From an uncultured Acetobacteraceae bacterium (GTDB lineage Bacteria; Pseudomonadota; Alphaproteobacteria; Acetobacterales; Acetobacteraceae), in NCBI GenBank assembly GCA_964252545.1, contig CAXUNX010000001.1, positions 18,552 to 82,551 on the forward strand: a stretch of 64,000 nt of DNA, in the 5' to 3' direction. A model generated the notes under the pieces. It was not told the DNA's origin and ran no database searches. It was given only the letters and a program-made list of their open reading frames with translations. Positions 1 to 9,768 of the stretch are shown one piece after another; the stretch's first letter is position 1, and each line of letters opens with the position of its first letter. Position numbers and translations under genes: made by a program.

Positions 1-1
1 C

Positions 2-244
2 CATCCGGCCCACATCAAGTTCCGAAAAGATCTCGGCAAGCGCCTCTTGCTGTCCGGCCCGTTGCTGTCTACGGAAGGCGGCGATCCGATTGGCAGCCTT
101 CTGATCGTTTATGCCGAGAGTGTGGCAGACGCGACTAAGCTGGCAGGCGAGGATCCACTTTGCCTGCACGGCGTGTACGAGCTGTTATCGGTTTCATCAT
201 TCAAGCCGATGAGCATCAACCCGGTCTTAAACGAACCCATGTGA
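2..244 (+). CDS. YciI family protein (5'-truncated by window edge)
   Basis: Frame is open from position 2: HPAHIKFRKDLGKRLLLSGPLL...GSLLIVYAESVADATKLAGEDP. The 'AH...SGPL...GSL.I..AES......DP' pattern is typical of YciI. Confidence 0.8.
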   Translation, partial: HPAHIKFRKDLGKRLLLSGPLLSTEGGDPIGSLLIVYAESVADATKLAGEDPLCLHGVYELLSVSSFKPMSINPVLNEPM

Positions 245-325
245 GGAGGGTTACGCCGCGCCTAGGTCGCAAAGCGGTTCACTGATTTGTTTGCGTCGCT
301 TTACCTCACCAGCAAGCGGGCTCGC

Positions 326-646
326 TCACCCGCTTCCAGGAAGCCCTAGTCGGGCTTCGAGTTGCCCCTGTTCAACGCCGAGCGTCTCAGGCAAGCGATC
401 GCCGAACAAGGCAAGGTATTTGCGGTTCAACAGAGCCTCGTGCCGCCAATCCTCAAGGTCGACGGACAGCAAGCTACCGACCTCGCCCTCGCTGAACTTG
501 AGACCATCCGTGTCGAGTTCCCCCTCTGACGGAACACGGCCGATGACGGTGTCTTTTGCCCTCGCGGTTCCGTTCAGCCGGCCGATGATCCATTTCAGCA
601 CCCGGAAATTATCGCCGAACCCCGGGCAGATGAACTTTCCCCTGCC
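326..646 (-). pseudogene. pckG: C-terminal fragment of GTP-dependent PEP carboxykinase
   Basis: GKFICPGFGDNFRVLKWIIGRL...DTVIGRVP...LLSVDLEDWRHE...FGDRLP matches the PEPCK(GTP) C-terminus (GKFLWPGFGEN.RVLKW...FGDRLP). Only ~105 aa of a ~600 aa protein remain. Confidence 0.8.
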
Positions 647-870
647 GATCTGCAACAGCACGTTCTTCTCCGTGACCGTATCACCGTGATTGGCCGCAAG
701 GATCATCCTCTTGCCCAACAAAAGGCGGATCTGCGGGAGTTAGGGATGTTTCCATGGATTGTTGGAAGAAGGACGCCGGCTGTCCTCAAGCGTTGGCAGC
801 AGATCTTCGACGAAGCTCGCGTGAAACGGCCGCGAGCTTCAGTTCATTGCCGCTCGGTGACCATGATCCG
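647..870 (+). pseudogene. Internal fragment of a LysR substrate-binding domain
   Basis: DLQQHVLLRDRITVIGRKDHPLA...LRELGMFPWIV...WQQIFDEARVKRPRASVHCRSVTMIR is an LTTR effector-domain pattern. There is no HTH and no proper start. Confidence 0.6.
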
Positions 871-972
871 TCCAGCCTCGGACACTCACATTGTTGGAGC
901 TGGTAATGTGCTCCATGGCGTTGCGTGGCTCACTAGCCGGCTCTTCCGCAGCGCCAAACAGGCCCTTCCCCA

Positions 973-1689
973 TTAACGGAGTGGCGCCAACTGAGGGCAG
1001 TATCGAAGAGCATGCTCGACCGTCAAGGTGATATGCTGCTCGGCAAGCTGACAGGCCAGGGCTACGTCTCGCCCGAGCGCGGCCTCCATGATGGATCGAT
1101 GTTCACGTTCTCTGCTGCTGCCTTTCGGTCGGTGCCGCAAGGAGAGCAGACGGTATCGGTCTGCCTGATCAAACAGGATCGAATGGAAGTGAAGCATCCA
1201 GGGCGACTGACAGGCTGAGATGAGAGCGCGGTGGAAGTCTCGATGAAGCACGGTCCAACGGCCTGCATCCTCTAGACGTTGAGGGAGCGGTTGCGCCTCA
1301 ACTCTTTCGAGACGATGGAAGGTCGTCACAATGCCGACCTCCCACTCCTCTCCGCCGTTTTCGATGGCCTGCGTTAGCGCCTTCTTCTCGAAGTCGATAC
1401 GTATCGCCGAAATATCAAGCAAGTCGGCTCGCGAGACAGGGGCTACCCGAAAGCCCTTGCCCACATCAACTTGTATCAGCCCTTCCGAGACAAGGTGCGA
1501 GAGGCCTTCCCGAAGTGTACCCATCCCCACACCGTAGCGCGTGCGCAGAAGTGCGAAAGGCAGCCTTGCTCCGGCTTCAAACACGCCGTCAAGGATATCC
1601 CACCGGATCTTCTCCAGCGTGCCTCGCCCTGCGAACTGGAGGGCTGCTGACCGGTTCATTTGAACTACTTCCGGCATGGAGGGAAACAC
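973..1689 (-). CDS. GntR family (FCD domain) transcriptional regulator
   Basis: wHTH (IRWDILDGVFEAGARLPFALLRTRYGVGMGTLREGLSHLVSEGLI...GFRVAP) plus FCD (HRDFHRALISAC.SPW, EHRSIMEAAL). The start may be ATG at 1677. Confidence 0.9.
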   Translation of the reverse strand: MFPSMPEVVQMNRSAALQFAGRGTLEKIRWDILDGVFEAGARLPFALLRTRYGVGMGTLREGLSHLVSEGLIQVDVGKGFRVAPVSRADLLDISAIRIDFEKKALTQAIENGGEEWEVGIVTTFHRLERVEAQPLPQRLEDAGRWTVLHRDFHRALISACQSPWMLHFHSILFDQADRYRLLSLRHRPKGSSREREHRSIMEAALGRDVALACQLAEQHITLTVEHALRYCPQLAPLR

Positions 1690-1941
1690 CAGTTCCAGTA
1701 GATGAGATTGTAGTCTTACAGCAGATCAGTTGAGCCAGATCCAAGGACCGGCAGCCCCCACCATCCGTCGCTCAAACCGATGAGCATGAACAATATCGAT
1801 CCAGATCCGCGGCACTAGTCTTACGACATCACAAGCTAGCTTGTAAAAACATGGACCTCCATCTTGAAATGGGCTCGTTACCGGGGCCAGGGCGAGGAGC
1901 ATCCCATGGCATGGGTGCACCAGGAAGACTGGTGCTGCGGC

Positions 1942-2850
1942 TCAACCAAACGGCGAGAAGTCCGATGGGGGAGGAGCACCCCACACATCGATGTCCGGCG
2001 AGAACGTCCAGACCTTGGGCTTCTGAGGGGTATCACCATGGTAGGGCCGAGGATCAAAATAACCAAGGCTCTCATCGATCATGGTGTCCAGCTCGGCGAA
2101 GAGCTCGATGATGTTTCCCTCGGGATCTCTATGGTACGTATAAAGATTATGGCCGGGACCGTGGCGACCCGGTCCCCAATCTATCCTCAATCTTTCCTTG
2201 CCCAGAATGTCGCAGGATTGGATCAGGTGGCTCGCGTCGCGAAGTTCAAATGCGAAATGGAAGAGTCCCGGACGCGGACCGGTCAGGAAGTTGACCGTAT
2301 GATGATCTCTATTGCACCGCAGGAAAACAAAGACGTCTTCAATCCAATCGGACATGCAGAAGCCGAGATTATCGATGTAGAAGCGCTCGGATCGCTTCGC
2401 CTCTCCAGCACGGAGTGCAACATGTCCCAGCTTCTGCGGCGCAATGCCATGGATCGGGAAATGGAAGTTGCTTGGGGTTTCTTCGCGATACAGATAAAGG
2501 CGGTAGCCGTCCGGATCGATGATCTCTATCGCGTCTTGTACACCATATAACATCCCAGACCGGATTTCGCCGGCCAAACCGGCCGAGTGGAGCGAAGTTA
2601 GCACGTCATCAAGCGGCCCTGTGCCGGAGATCTGCAAGCCAAGGTGACGAAAACCAGGTTCCTTTGATGCATGCAGACTGAGCGCGTGGCTTCCAAGGCC
2701 GCAACCGAAGAAGATACCATTATCCCCCTCAGCGACGATCGGCAGGCCCATGACGTCACTATAGTAGCGGCGACTTCTCTCGGGCTGGACACAATTAAGA
2801 CCCAGAAAGCCAAGTTTTACGACTTTGATTGACACGGCAACCTCAATCAT
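1942..2850 (-). CDS. VOC-family extradiol ring-cleavage dioxygenase (catechol 2,3-dioxygenase-like)
   Basis: Two VOC domains with the metal-ligand pattern LGHVAL / FHFAFE / GPGRHGPGHNLYTYHRDPEGNIIELF. An alternative GTG start lies at 2835 behind GAGG. Confidence 0.8.
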   Translation of the reverse strand: MIEVAVSIKVVKLGFLGLNCVQPERSRRYYSDVMGLPIVAEGDNGIFFGCGLGSHALSLHASKEPGFRHLGLQISGTGPLDDVLTSLHSAGLAGEIRSGMLYGVQDAIEIIDPDGYRLYLYREETPSNFHFPIHGIAPQKLGHVALRAGEAKRSERFYIDNLGFCMSDWIEDVFVFLRCNRDHHTVNFLTGPRPGLFHFAFELRDASHLIQSCDILGKERLRIDWGPGRHGPGHNLYTYHRDPEGNIIELFAELDTMIDESLGYFDPRPYHGDTPQKPKVWTFSPDIDVWGAPPPSDFSPFG

Positions 2851-3029
2851 TGCACTTTCAACGTTGCACGGACAGGCATCTTGCACGCCACTCTTACGCA
2901 GTCAAGCAGGCGGACCTTGGCAAAAAGCCAGCTAAAATCAAGATGTCTTCTACTTATGACTAAGTCTAACATCCCAAACAGGCGAGAACTGTGTTGTCGT
3001 TCCGGCAATACCGTGAACCACCGGTTCCA

Positions 3030-4289
3030 TCACGCTGGCACATGGGCGCTGTGACGGCCTGACCCGGCACGTCGGGGTGGCTCTCGCATCGCCACCACCG
3101 ACAGCAGGCAAATGACACCAAGACCGCTGCAGAACCACATGACGGACATCAAGCCGTAATGGTCTGAGAGCAATCCGGCGATTCCGGGAGTGGTCGAACC
3201 ACCGACGAGTTCTCCGATCGCCAGCGGCAGCGCGAAGGCAGTGGCTGCCACCCGGCGCGGGACGCTTTCTCCGGGGATCACGAAAACCACCATTGGCATA
3301 GCGCCGCCTGCAATGAACTGAACGATCAACACGAGTGGGGTGAGAGCGTGATGTCCGCGCAACAGCGCCAGCGTAAGCGGCACAAGGATAATGCATAGGC
3401 TGGCGATGAGGGCGCAGGTCTTGCGACGGAAATGGTCGGATAACATGGGAACAAAGAAGTTCCCGATCCCACTCGACAAACCCATCAGCGTCAGCAGCGC
3501 CGTACGCATTGTCACCGAGATCGTCCGGTCCTGGCCGAGAAACAGCGGTGAGAAGCTGGGAAAGGTTATCAGGAAGCTGATCAGCGCCAAGCCACCTATG
3601 ATCGCCAAAGCCAGATTGCGGTTAAGCAGCAGGGCCAGCAGGTCCTTGAGGCCAACGCGTTCCGCCGCTGGCCGATCAGCTCCGAGGGTTACCGGTTGCC
3701 TGATGTAGAAGGCGAGGATGGCAGCCAGCACCAGCCCCGGCAGCGCCAGGTACAGGAAGGCGAGATGCCAGCCGAACTCTCTGGCGAGCACGGTCACTAA
3801 TCCCGGGGACACGGCGTTGCCCAAGAGTACCATCCCCGCGCCGACGGCGCCGACATTCGCGCCGAGCCTATGCGGAGATGAAGACTTGGCCGCTACCGCC
3901 AACATGAGAGGGATGGCAGGCCCGAAGAACATCCCGGCCGCCGCTCGCACCGCCAGCAGGCCCCCATAGGTGTGGGTGACGGCGATCAAGCCGGTCGCGC
4001 AGGAGAACCCGACCAGACAAGCTACAATGATAAGCTTAGGTCGTATGCCCAATCCATCGGACAAGAAGGAGACAGATATGCTCGAGAGCGCCCATGTCAG
4101 GGAGGTAACGCCCATGAGCATCCCGAGCTCGGCGTGGTTGAGATGCAACTCCTGCTGGATCTGCCTGAAGACGTAGACGATCCCCAGGCGATCAAGAAAC
4201 ACGAGTCCGGCTGCAACCGCGAGCAGAACGACAAGTACGTTCTCGTACCACAAAGTGTTGCGTTGCGCAGGAAATATCGTCCGGCCCAT
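3030..4289 (-). CDS. MFS transporter (aromatic acid/ACS-like)
   Basis: About 12 hydrophobic segments and LVFLDRLGI, LSDGLG, LSDHFRRK motifs. The start is uncertain (4289 ATG or 4319 GTG). Confidence 0.9.
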   Translation of the reverse strand: MGRTIFPAQRNTLWYENVLVVLLAVAAGLVFLDRLGIVYVFRQIQQELHLNHAELGMLMGVTSLTWALSSISVSFLSDGLGIRPKLIIVACLVGFSCATGLIAVTHTYGGLLAVRAAAGMFFGPAIPLMLAVAAKSSSPHRLGANVGAVGAGMVLLGNAVSPGLVTVLAREFGWHLAFLYLALPGLVLAAILAFYIRQPVTLGADRPAAERVGLKDLLALLLNRNLALAIIGGLALISFLITFPSFSPLFLGQDRTISVTMRTALLTLMGLSSGIGNFFVPMLSDHFRRKTCALIASLCIILVPLTLALLRGHHALTPLVLIVQFIAGGAMPMVVFVIPGESVPRRVAATAFALPLAIGELVGGSTTPGIAGLLSDHYGLMSVMWFCSGLGVICLLSVVAMREPPRRAGSGRHSAHVPA

Positions 4290-4863
4290 GGCATGTTCCG
4301 AAACTTCGTGACCACGCACTTTTGTTTCCCCCGCGATGGTTTTACCGCGCAACTCGTTCCCTTTGGCCAAGTCAATCAGGCTGCACAGACGCCTGCTGGT
4401 GTTATCGGCCGCGTCAATCACCTGGTTCATTCTGCAGCCTGTCGGCCGGCACCTGGAGAGACCGTTCTTTTGCAGCCAGCCCGCAGATACCACGCTGGAA
4501 ATCCGCAGCTTAGGTTGCTTCGAAAACCATCGTCCCTCTCGAGACCACTCTGTCCCAGCAGATGCTTCAACTGATCGACGTCATATAGATATTCGAATAA
4601 ATGATCCAGTTCGAAAGAGCAAGGCGTCCAGCAGAGATCACCATCTCTTGCGAGAGATCAAAGATCGAGGCAATGGATCTCGCTCGCCAAGAGGTGCGGC
4701 AGCGGTCAGAGCTCCTTCAGCGGCAACAGCATGCTCCCGAGAGCGGCGCGACAGCGTAGGAGCAGGCCGGTCATGCACACGCGACAAGCACCGGCGAGAT
4801 CTTGCTTGCACGCGCTTCCCGGCGGTCGCTGATGCGAGTACGCGCTTGATCAACAGCGCTCCC

Positions 4864-5802
4864 CTAGATGAAACGTTGTACAAGTCGCGGGAACAACTGT
4901 TCAGCATTCCCCCGATTGATTGCCGAGCGTTCGGCCGCGTCGACCAACTCGTACTCGTCCAGAGTGTCGGTGAAGAAAGTATCGAGGCAGTACGGCCAAT
5001 CTGACCCGAACACCACGTGGCCGGGCCGGGCGAACTTCAGCAGACTCGGCAGTGCAGTAGGGCTGCTCGATAGGGCTGTGTCGAAATAAAAGGAGGAGAG
5101 ATCCTCTACAATGCTGGCTGTCGTGACTCCGGGTCCACGAGCGTTCGCTGCACGATTTGCGATCCGATAGGCGGCATAGGGCAGAAAGCCGCCGCCGTGC
5201 GGGAGGATAATCTTCAAGTTCGGAAAGCGCCGCGGCACTCCGCGGAGGGCCATGTTGATCGCGGCGCGTGTGGTCGTGAGGAGGAAATCTGCGAGCGCTG
5301 GATGTACACCAGGGACTGGTGGCCCCGCCAGATGCGTAGGATGAATGAAAATGACCGCGGAACGCCGATCAAGTTCGGCCATGACCGGGTCGAAAACGGG
5401 ATCCCCGAGATAGATCTCTTGGTTGCTGGCGAGCAGTACGACGCCATCGGTGGACAACTCATCGTAGGCGTGCCGAATTGCCTCGAGCGAACCGTCAATA
5501 TCCGGGAGCGGGATCGATGCAAACATCCCGAAGCGGTCCGGACGGCCTTTCACCAGTTCAGCAAGACGCTCATTGATCTGTCGCGACAGCAGACGCGCCT
5601 CGGCATCATCGCCGAAATGCGTCCCCGGGGTGGAGAGCGAGAGCATCCCCGTGCCGATTTCCTGACCATCCATCGCTGCCAGGGCAGCTGCGGCAGTCCA
5701 TGTCACGGGCGCCCATTGGCTCATTCCGTGACGCTCAAGAGCGGCCAGGAACTCTGTCGGCAATAGGTGCTGGTGCACGTCGATCCGCCAACCACTCTGC
5801 AT
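4864..5802 (-). CDS. Amidohydrolase_2 family non-oxidative aromatic acid decarboxylase (6-methylsalicylate decarboxylase/ACMSD-like)
   Basis: IDVHQH metal motif, FIHP, ILPHGGG, FDTA and FGSDWP. AGGAGG RBS upstream. Confidence 0.8.
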   Translation of the reverse strand: MQSGWRIDVHQHLLPTEFLAALERHGMSQWAPVTWTAAAALAAMDGQEIGTGMLSLSTPGTHFGDDAEARLLSRQINERLAELVKGRPDRFGMFASIPLPDIDGSLEAIRHAYDELSTDGVVLLASNQEIYLGDPVFDPVMAELDRRSAVIFIHPTHLAGPPVPGVHPALADFLLTTTRAAINMALRGVPRRFPNLKIILPHGGGFLPYAAYRIANRAANARGPGVTTASIVEDLSSFYFDTALSSSPTALPSLLKFARPGHVVFGSDWPYCLDTFFTDTLDEYELVDAAERSAINRGNAEQLFPRLVQRFI

Positions 5803-5825
5803 GCCGGGCCTCCTTTGTCGCTGTT

Positions 5826-7379
5826 TTAGAAGGGTTTCGGACTTGTGCCGAAAAGGTGACCCAACGAAATGGTGGCAAAAACCGCGGTAATGAAGCCGTC
5901 GGACGGCCGTCGTCTCTGGGCCGGATCAAATAAGCTATCTGGGTTCGTGAATTGTTCGACGATCGGCCGAAGGGAGAACCACGGGGTAAGCTGGATGTTT
6001 CCGTTGACCTCGAATGAAAAACCATCACGAGGCTGACTTGAGCCAGGTCCGGCAAAGATATTGTGCAAACGGGTCTCGTAATTGGCCTCGATTGCGCTCA
6101 GCCGTTGGTAGTGCACCTGGATCTCCAGCGCGTCGAACGGACGACCTGGTATGAAGCCGGTGAAGTTGACGCCGGCCAAGCTGTCCATATCGATCGGCTG
6201 CGGCTTATCCACGGTAGCGTCGACGGCGCCGTATACACCGATGTTCGCAGGTGGCCCCAGCCTTCTGCTCGCGCCGCGCCACAGCGTCTGCAGCCCTTGA
6301 AAGAACAACACACCGCCGCTGCTGTAGTCGGTAGCTTCGTTTCGACCGGTATATTGCAGCGCCGATCCCTTCACGTTCGTGGAGGAGGTTCGGGCATCCC
6401 AAAGCGCGCCGAGCTCCATGTTGGATGGGTAAGCAGCGTTGCTGAACTCGCTACGGTAACCGATCTCTCCCACGACCTGTGCACCGGTGTTGCCGACGAT
6501 ACCGAAGTCGTTCGGGTTTCTCACTGCCCGGAGGAAGTTGTCCTCGAACGAACCTAGCTGAGCATACCATTTCGGCGTCCAGTGATAGGTGGCATGCCCA
6601 CCCCAGACCGGCCAGGGCGTCGTGGGAAAATCGCCGCCAACTTGTATCGCGCTCGAGAAATAAGTGAAGGGATCGAGCGAATTCGGCAGAAAGAAGTAGT
6701 GGTAGACGTTTGTTCTTCCGGCCTCAATCGAGAGACGATCATCAAGCAGTTTCTGCTCATAGGTAAACACGGAAAGGGAGTTACTGACCGAGGACGGGGT
6801 GGTCTGCGTACCGGTAAGATATCCTCCGGTGTCGGTGATGATCTGCGGGATGTCGTTTTTAAGACCGTATAGATTGTATTGTATGTGGATGTTGCCGCCC
6901 CGGAGATCGACCAGCTTACCGAGGTCGAGATCGGCTTCCAGGGCGAGCACGCCAAGATTGTTGATCTGACCGGGTGCAACGCCGGCGGTCGGATTGGCCA
7001 GGAAGTGATCGAATGCCACGCCGTGGAGGTCAATTCCTTGATTGAGCAAGGTTGTGCCGAGCTCAGGGAATAATCCGATTGGCGGAGCGCTGGAGACCGG
7101 CAACGGAACGCCGGGTATGGTATAGGATCCCGTCGTGTTGTTGCTCGGGTTGTTTGAGACTCCCGAGGAGCTTCCGGCGTTGCCAGGGCTCGGGCCGCCG
7201 CCTGCCGACACCTGGAACGGTGTCGTGACCGTTTGATCGCTGGACGCACTTGCATCCACGTATGCTGGTGACGCGGATGGTAACCCGGTAGCGGGCGGTG
7301 CATCGGCCGCGCGAGCAGCTGTTGCCGGAATTGCTTCAAGCACGAGCATGACAAAGAGGAGCCGTTTGGCAGGACGCAT
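5826..7379 (-). CDS. OprB-family carbohydrate-selective porin
   Basis: Signal peptide and Pro/Ser-rich linker, then GIDLHG...FLANPTAG, DLDLGKL, TYEQKLLDDRLSIEAGR and a beta-strand C-terminus. Confidence 0.8.
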   Translation of the reverse strand: MRPAKRLLFVMLVLEAIPATAARAADAPPATGLPSASPAYVDASASSDQTVTTPFQVSAGGGPSPGNAGSSSGVSNNPSNNTTGSYTIPGVPLPVSSAPPIGLFPELGTTLLNQGIDLHGVAFDHFLANPTAGVAPGQINNLGVLALEADLDLGKLVDLRGGNIHIQYNLYGLKNDIPQIITDTGGYLTGTQTTPSSVSNSLSVFTYEQKLLDDRLSIEAGRTNVYHYFFLPNSLDPFTYFSSAIQVGGDFPTTPWPVWGGHATYHWTPKWYAQLGSFEDNFLRAVRNPNDFGIVGNTGAQVVGEIGYRSEFSNAAYPSNMELGALWDARTSSTNVKGSALQYTGRNEATDYSSGGVLFFQGLQTLWRGASRRLGPPANIGVYGAVDATVDKPQPIDMDSLAGVNFTGFIPGRPFDALEIQVHYQRLSAIEANYETRLHNIFAGPGSSQPRDGFSFEVNGNIQLTPWFSLRPIVEQFTNPDSLFDPAQRRRPSDGFITAVFATISLGHLFGTSPKPF

Positions 7380-7530
7380 TCTTTTCTTCCCTGAACGGAG
7401 TGGCCTTGAGCCAGCTCGCGCCGCTTGATCTGTTGTTTATTGGGCCTCTTGAGCAAGGCTCTAAGCTGTTATCTCACGTTTAATCCTCAACGCCGGGCCT
7501 GAACTCGCCCTCAGCAAGACAACCCGCCTG

Positions 7531-8307
7531 CTAAGGCGCGTTGTCTACTAGGAACTGCTCGATGCGGGTCATAAGCCAAGCGGGTGTCTCCACCATCGGG
7601 TAGTGGCCAGAGTTCGGGAGGATCTCGATTTCCACATGTGGGTAGAGCAACGGAAACGATCTGCGCACTGACTCTTCACTGACACCGGCATCATGCTGAC
7701 CAATCAGGATCAGGATGGGGACCTTTACCTGCTTAGCTTCATCGCCGAAATCGGTTTCGATGAAGGTCCGCCCGTAACGGCGGAACGCTTCCGGTTCGGT
7801 GGAGCGGCGCGCGAACTGCATGATCTCTCTGGTGAACTTGGCCTTCAGGCGGTCCCCGAGCGAGGCATTGATGATCTGATGACCGATATCATCACGTGCA
7901 GCGACGGAGTCGAACAACTCCTCCAACTCCGGCGGCATTTTGACGCCGCTGGCAGGAGCTGGCGTGACTCCGACGAGCGCTTGCACGCGTTCAGGTGCGT
8001 CTACGGCAACACGCTGCGCGGCCATCCCACCCATGGAATGCCCCACCACGGCAAACTGCTCCCAACCGAGATGGTCCGCGAGGCTGACGGCATCGCGCGC
8101 TATCTCCCTGATCGAGTGGTCACCTACCATCGCACGTGACATTCCGTAGCCGCGATAATCAATAAAAGCGAATGAGAACAGATCCTCATCAATGAAACGG
8201 TAGCTCGGCTCCCATATGCTGTGGTCGCCAAACCAGCCGTGCAAGACGATGACTTTACGGGGACCGTTGCCGTGCAGCTCATGTCCGATCACATCGCGAT
8301 CGCTCAT
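7531..8307 (-). CDS. Alpha/beta hydrolase (esterase/enol-lactonase-like)
   Basis: LHGWF oxyanion motif, DYRGYG, GHSMGG nucleophile elbow, GQHD, SGHYP catalytic His. Confidence 0.9.
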   Translation of the reverse strand: MSDRDVIGHELHGNGPRKVIVLHGWFGDHSIWEPSYRFIDEDLFSFAFIDYRGYGMSRAMVGDHSIREIARDAVSLADHLGWEQFAVVGHSMGGMAAQRVAVDAPERVQALVGVTPAPASGVKMPPELEELFDSVAARDDIGHQIINASLGDRLKAKFTREIMQFARRSTEPEAFRRYGRTFIETDFGDEAKQVKVPILILIGQHDAGVSEESVRRSFPLLYPHVEIEILPNSGHYPMVETPAWLMTRIEQFLVDNAP

Positions 8308-8334
8308 CGCTTGTTCTCCGCAGGTGATTGAGGC

Positions 8335-9234
8335 CTAAACTGGAGCCTCAGGCGGCGTGCGTGCAGGGAAGTAACGTTCGAGCCACGCTCCTACGATGGT
8401 CCTTACGCGTTCATCGTGGTAGGTGTTAAAATGGTCGATATCCGCAAACACGTGAAGGTCTGAGGGCGTGCCGGCGCGGCGGAACAGCTCCAGCGACTCG
8501 TCCGTCGGCGTCACCGTATCGAATGCCGCATGGGTCAGAAGAAGCGGCCGAGGAGCGATGGCGTGGACCATATCGTCTGGTCGAAACTCGAACATGCTCT
8601 GTGCAGTGTCAGTGGGAAAGCTCATGATGGAGTCCGGGGGCAGACCCTTCCGGAGGTGCTCCGGGATCGGAACGATCGCAAAACGCGAGACCATCAGCGA
8701 CTCGCCGGTACGCGCCTTGTGTTCGGCACCAGACTCCAGCATTCTGCTGAATTCCTGCCATTGCTCCGGTGTGCTGTGCTGACCGCGAAGCTTCCTTTCG
8801 CCGTTGCCCCAGCCGGCGTTCGACATCACGGCGGCAACACGTTGATCAACGCCTCCAGTATAGACCGCCACCGCCGCTCCGAAGCTCGAGCCCGCCAGGG
8901 CAATCCTGTCAGATGCGATCCCAGGACGAGACTGCAGGAACGTGATGGCGTTTTGCGTATCACGCACCTGCTCCAGGCAAATGATGCGTCCTCGCGGACC
9001 GTCGCTCCTCCCACAGCCGCGAAAGTCAAACAGCAGCGTCACATAGCCGAGCTGGGTGAAGAGTTCGGCAGCGACTCTCGCGTCGCGCCCTTCGTAGGTA
9101 CCGCCGAAGCCGTGAAGGATGATGAAAGCCGGTCGCGGCGCTTGGTTCGCGGCGTCCTCGGGAGTGTAAAGCACGCCGCGCAATATCAGCCCGTCCGATT
9201 GGAACTCTACGTTCTCTGTCTTGATCGAGGGCAT
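8335..9234 (-). CDS. Alpha/beta hydrolase (S15/CocE-like fold, esterase/hydrolase)
   Basis: HGFGG, FDFRGCGRSDG, GSSFG, FDTVTP, IDHF. AGGAG RBS before the ATG at 9234. Confidence 0.85.
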   Translation of the reverse strand: MPSIKTENVEFQSDGLILRGVLYTPEDAANQAPRPAFIILHGFGGTYEGRDARVAAELFTQLGYVTLLFDFRGCGRSDGPRGRIICLEQVRDTQNAITFLQSRPGIASDRIALAGSSFGAAVAVYTGGVDQRVAAVMSNAGWGNGERKLRGQHSTPEQWQEFSRMLESGAEHKARTGESLMVSRFAIVPIPEHLRKGLPPDSIMSFPTDTAQSMFEFRPDDMVHAIAPRPLLLTHAAFDTVTPTDESLELFRRAGTPSDLHVFADIDHFNTYHDERVRTIVGAWLERYFPARTPPEAPV

Positions 9235-9747
9235 CCTGTCACTCCTGAAGCATCGTGCGATCATTGATCCGGAGAGGTCGGCGGCGGCGCGGAAGCCACG
9301 GGCGATCCTCGCACCGAATTCAGATCGATCTGAGATTGAGCCTGAGCTCGAGGTAGTTGATGGTGCTACCACCATCAATCGGCAAAGCTCCTGAGTATGC
9401 GCATACCGATGAAGCGGTAGCGAATGACCTGACCGTTCTCCACAAGGTGATCACTTAGCTGATCTATCCTTCTTGCTTGTTCGAGTAAACCCAGATTTTC
9501 GAAAATGCAAGCGCCGTCTTCATAGGTCTCGGGCCTCGAACCTCCGGTCAACCTCGGCATCCTCTCGGGATCAGGTAAGGAGCGAGCCGTCCGGTGGCAC
9601 CAGCCATGTGGAGGGTGTCGTCATCCGAGCATGACTGGGCGACGGCGGAAGGCTGGCGGCATGAAACAACCAGCTGACGCGCCTCATAGTACTGCCTCCA
9701 GGGCGGCATCATTAGCGATGCGATGGGCGCCACACCCGTCGAGCGTC

Positions 9748-9768
9748 CGGCGTATAGCGGCGTATAGC
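9748..9768. repeat. Perfect 10-bp tandem duplication (CGGCGTATAG x2)
   Basis: The sequence reads cggcgtatag cggcgtatag c in a non-coding stretch. Confidence 0.7.

Noticed and set aside
4290-4493. In-frame extension upstream of the MFS, weakly like an IclR C-terminus
   Set aside because: The similarity is too weak to support a call.
9375-9733. Two 61-aa ORFs in the boundary zone
   Set aside because: They have no motif support, and I could not assign them as transposase or integrase remnants.
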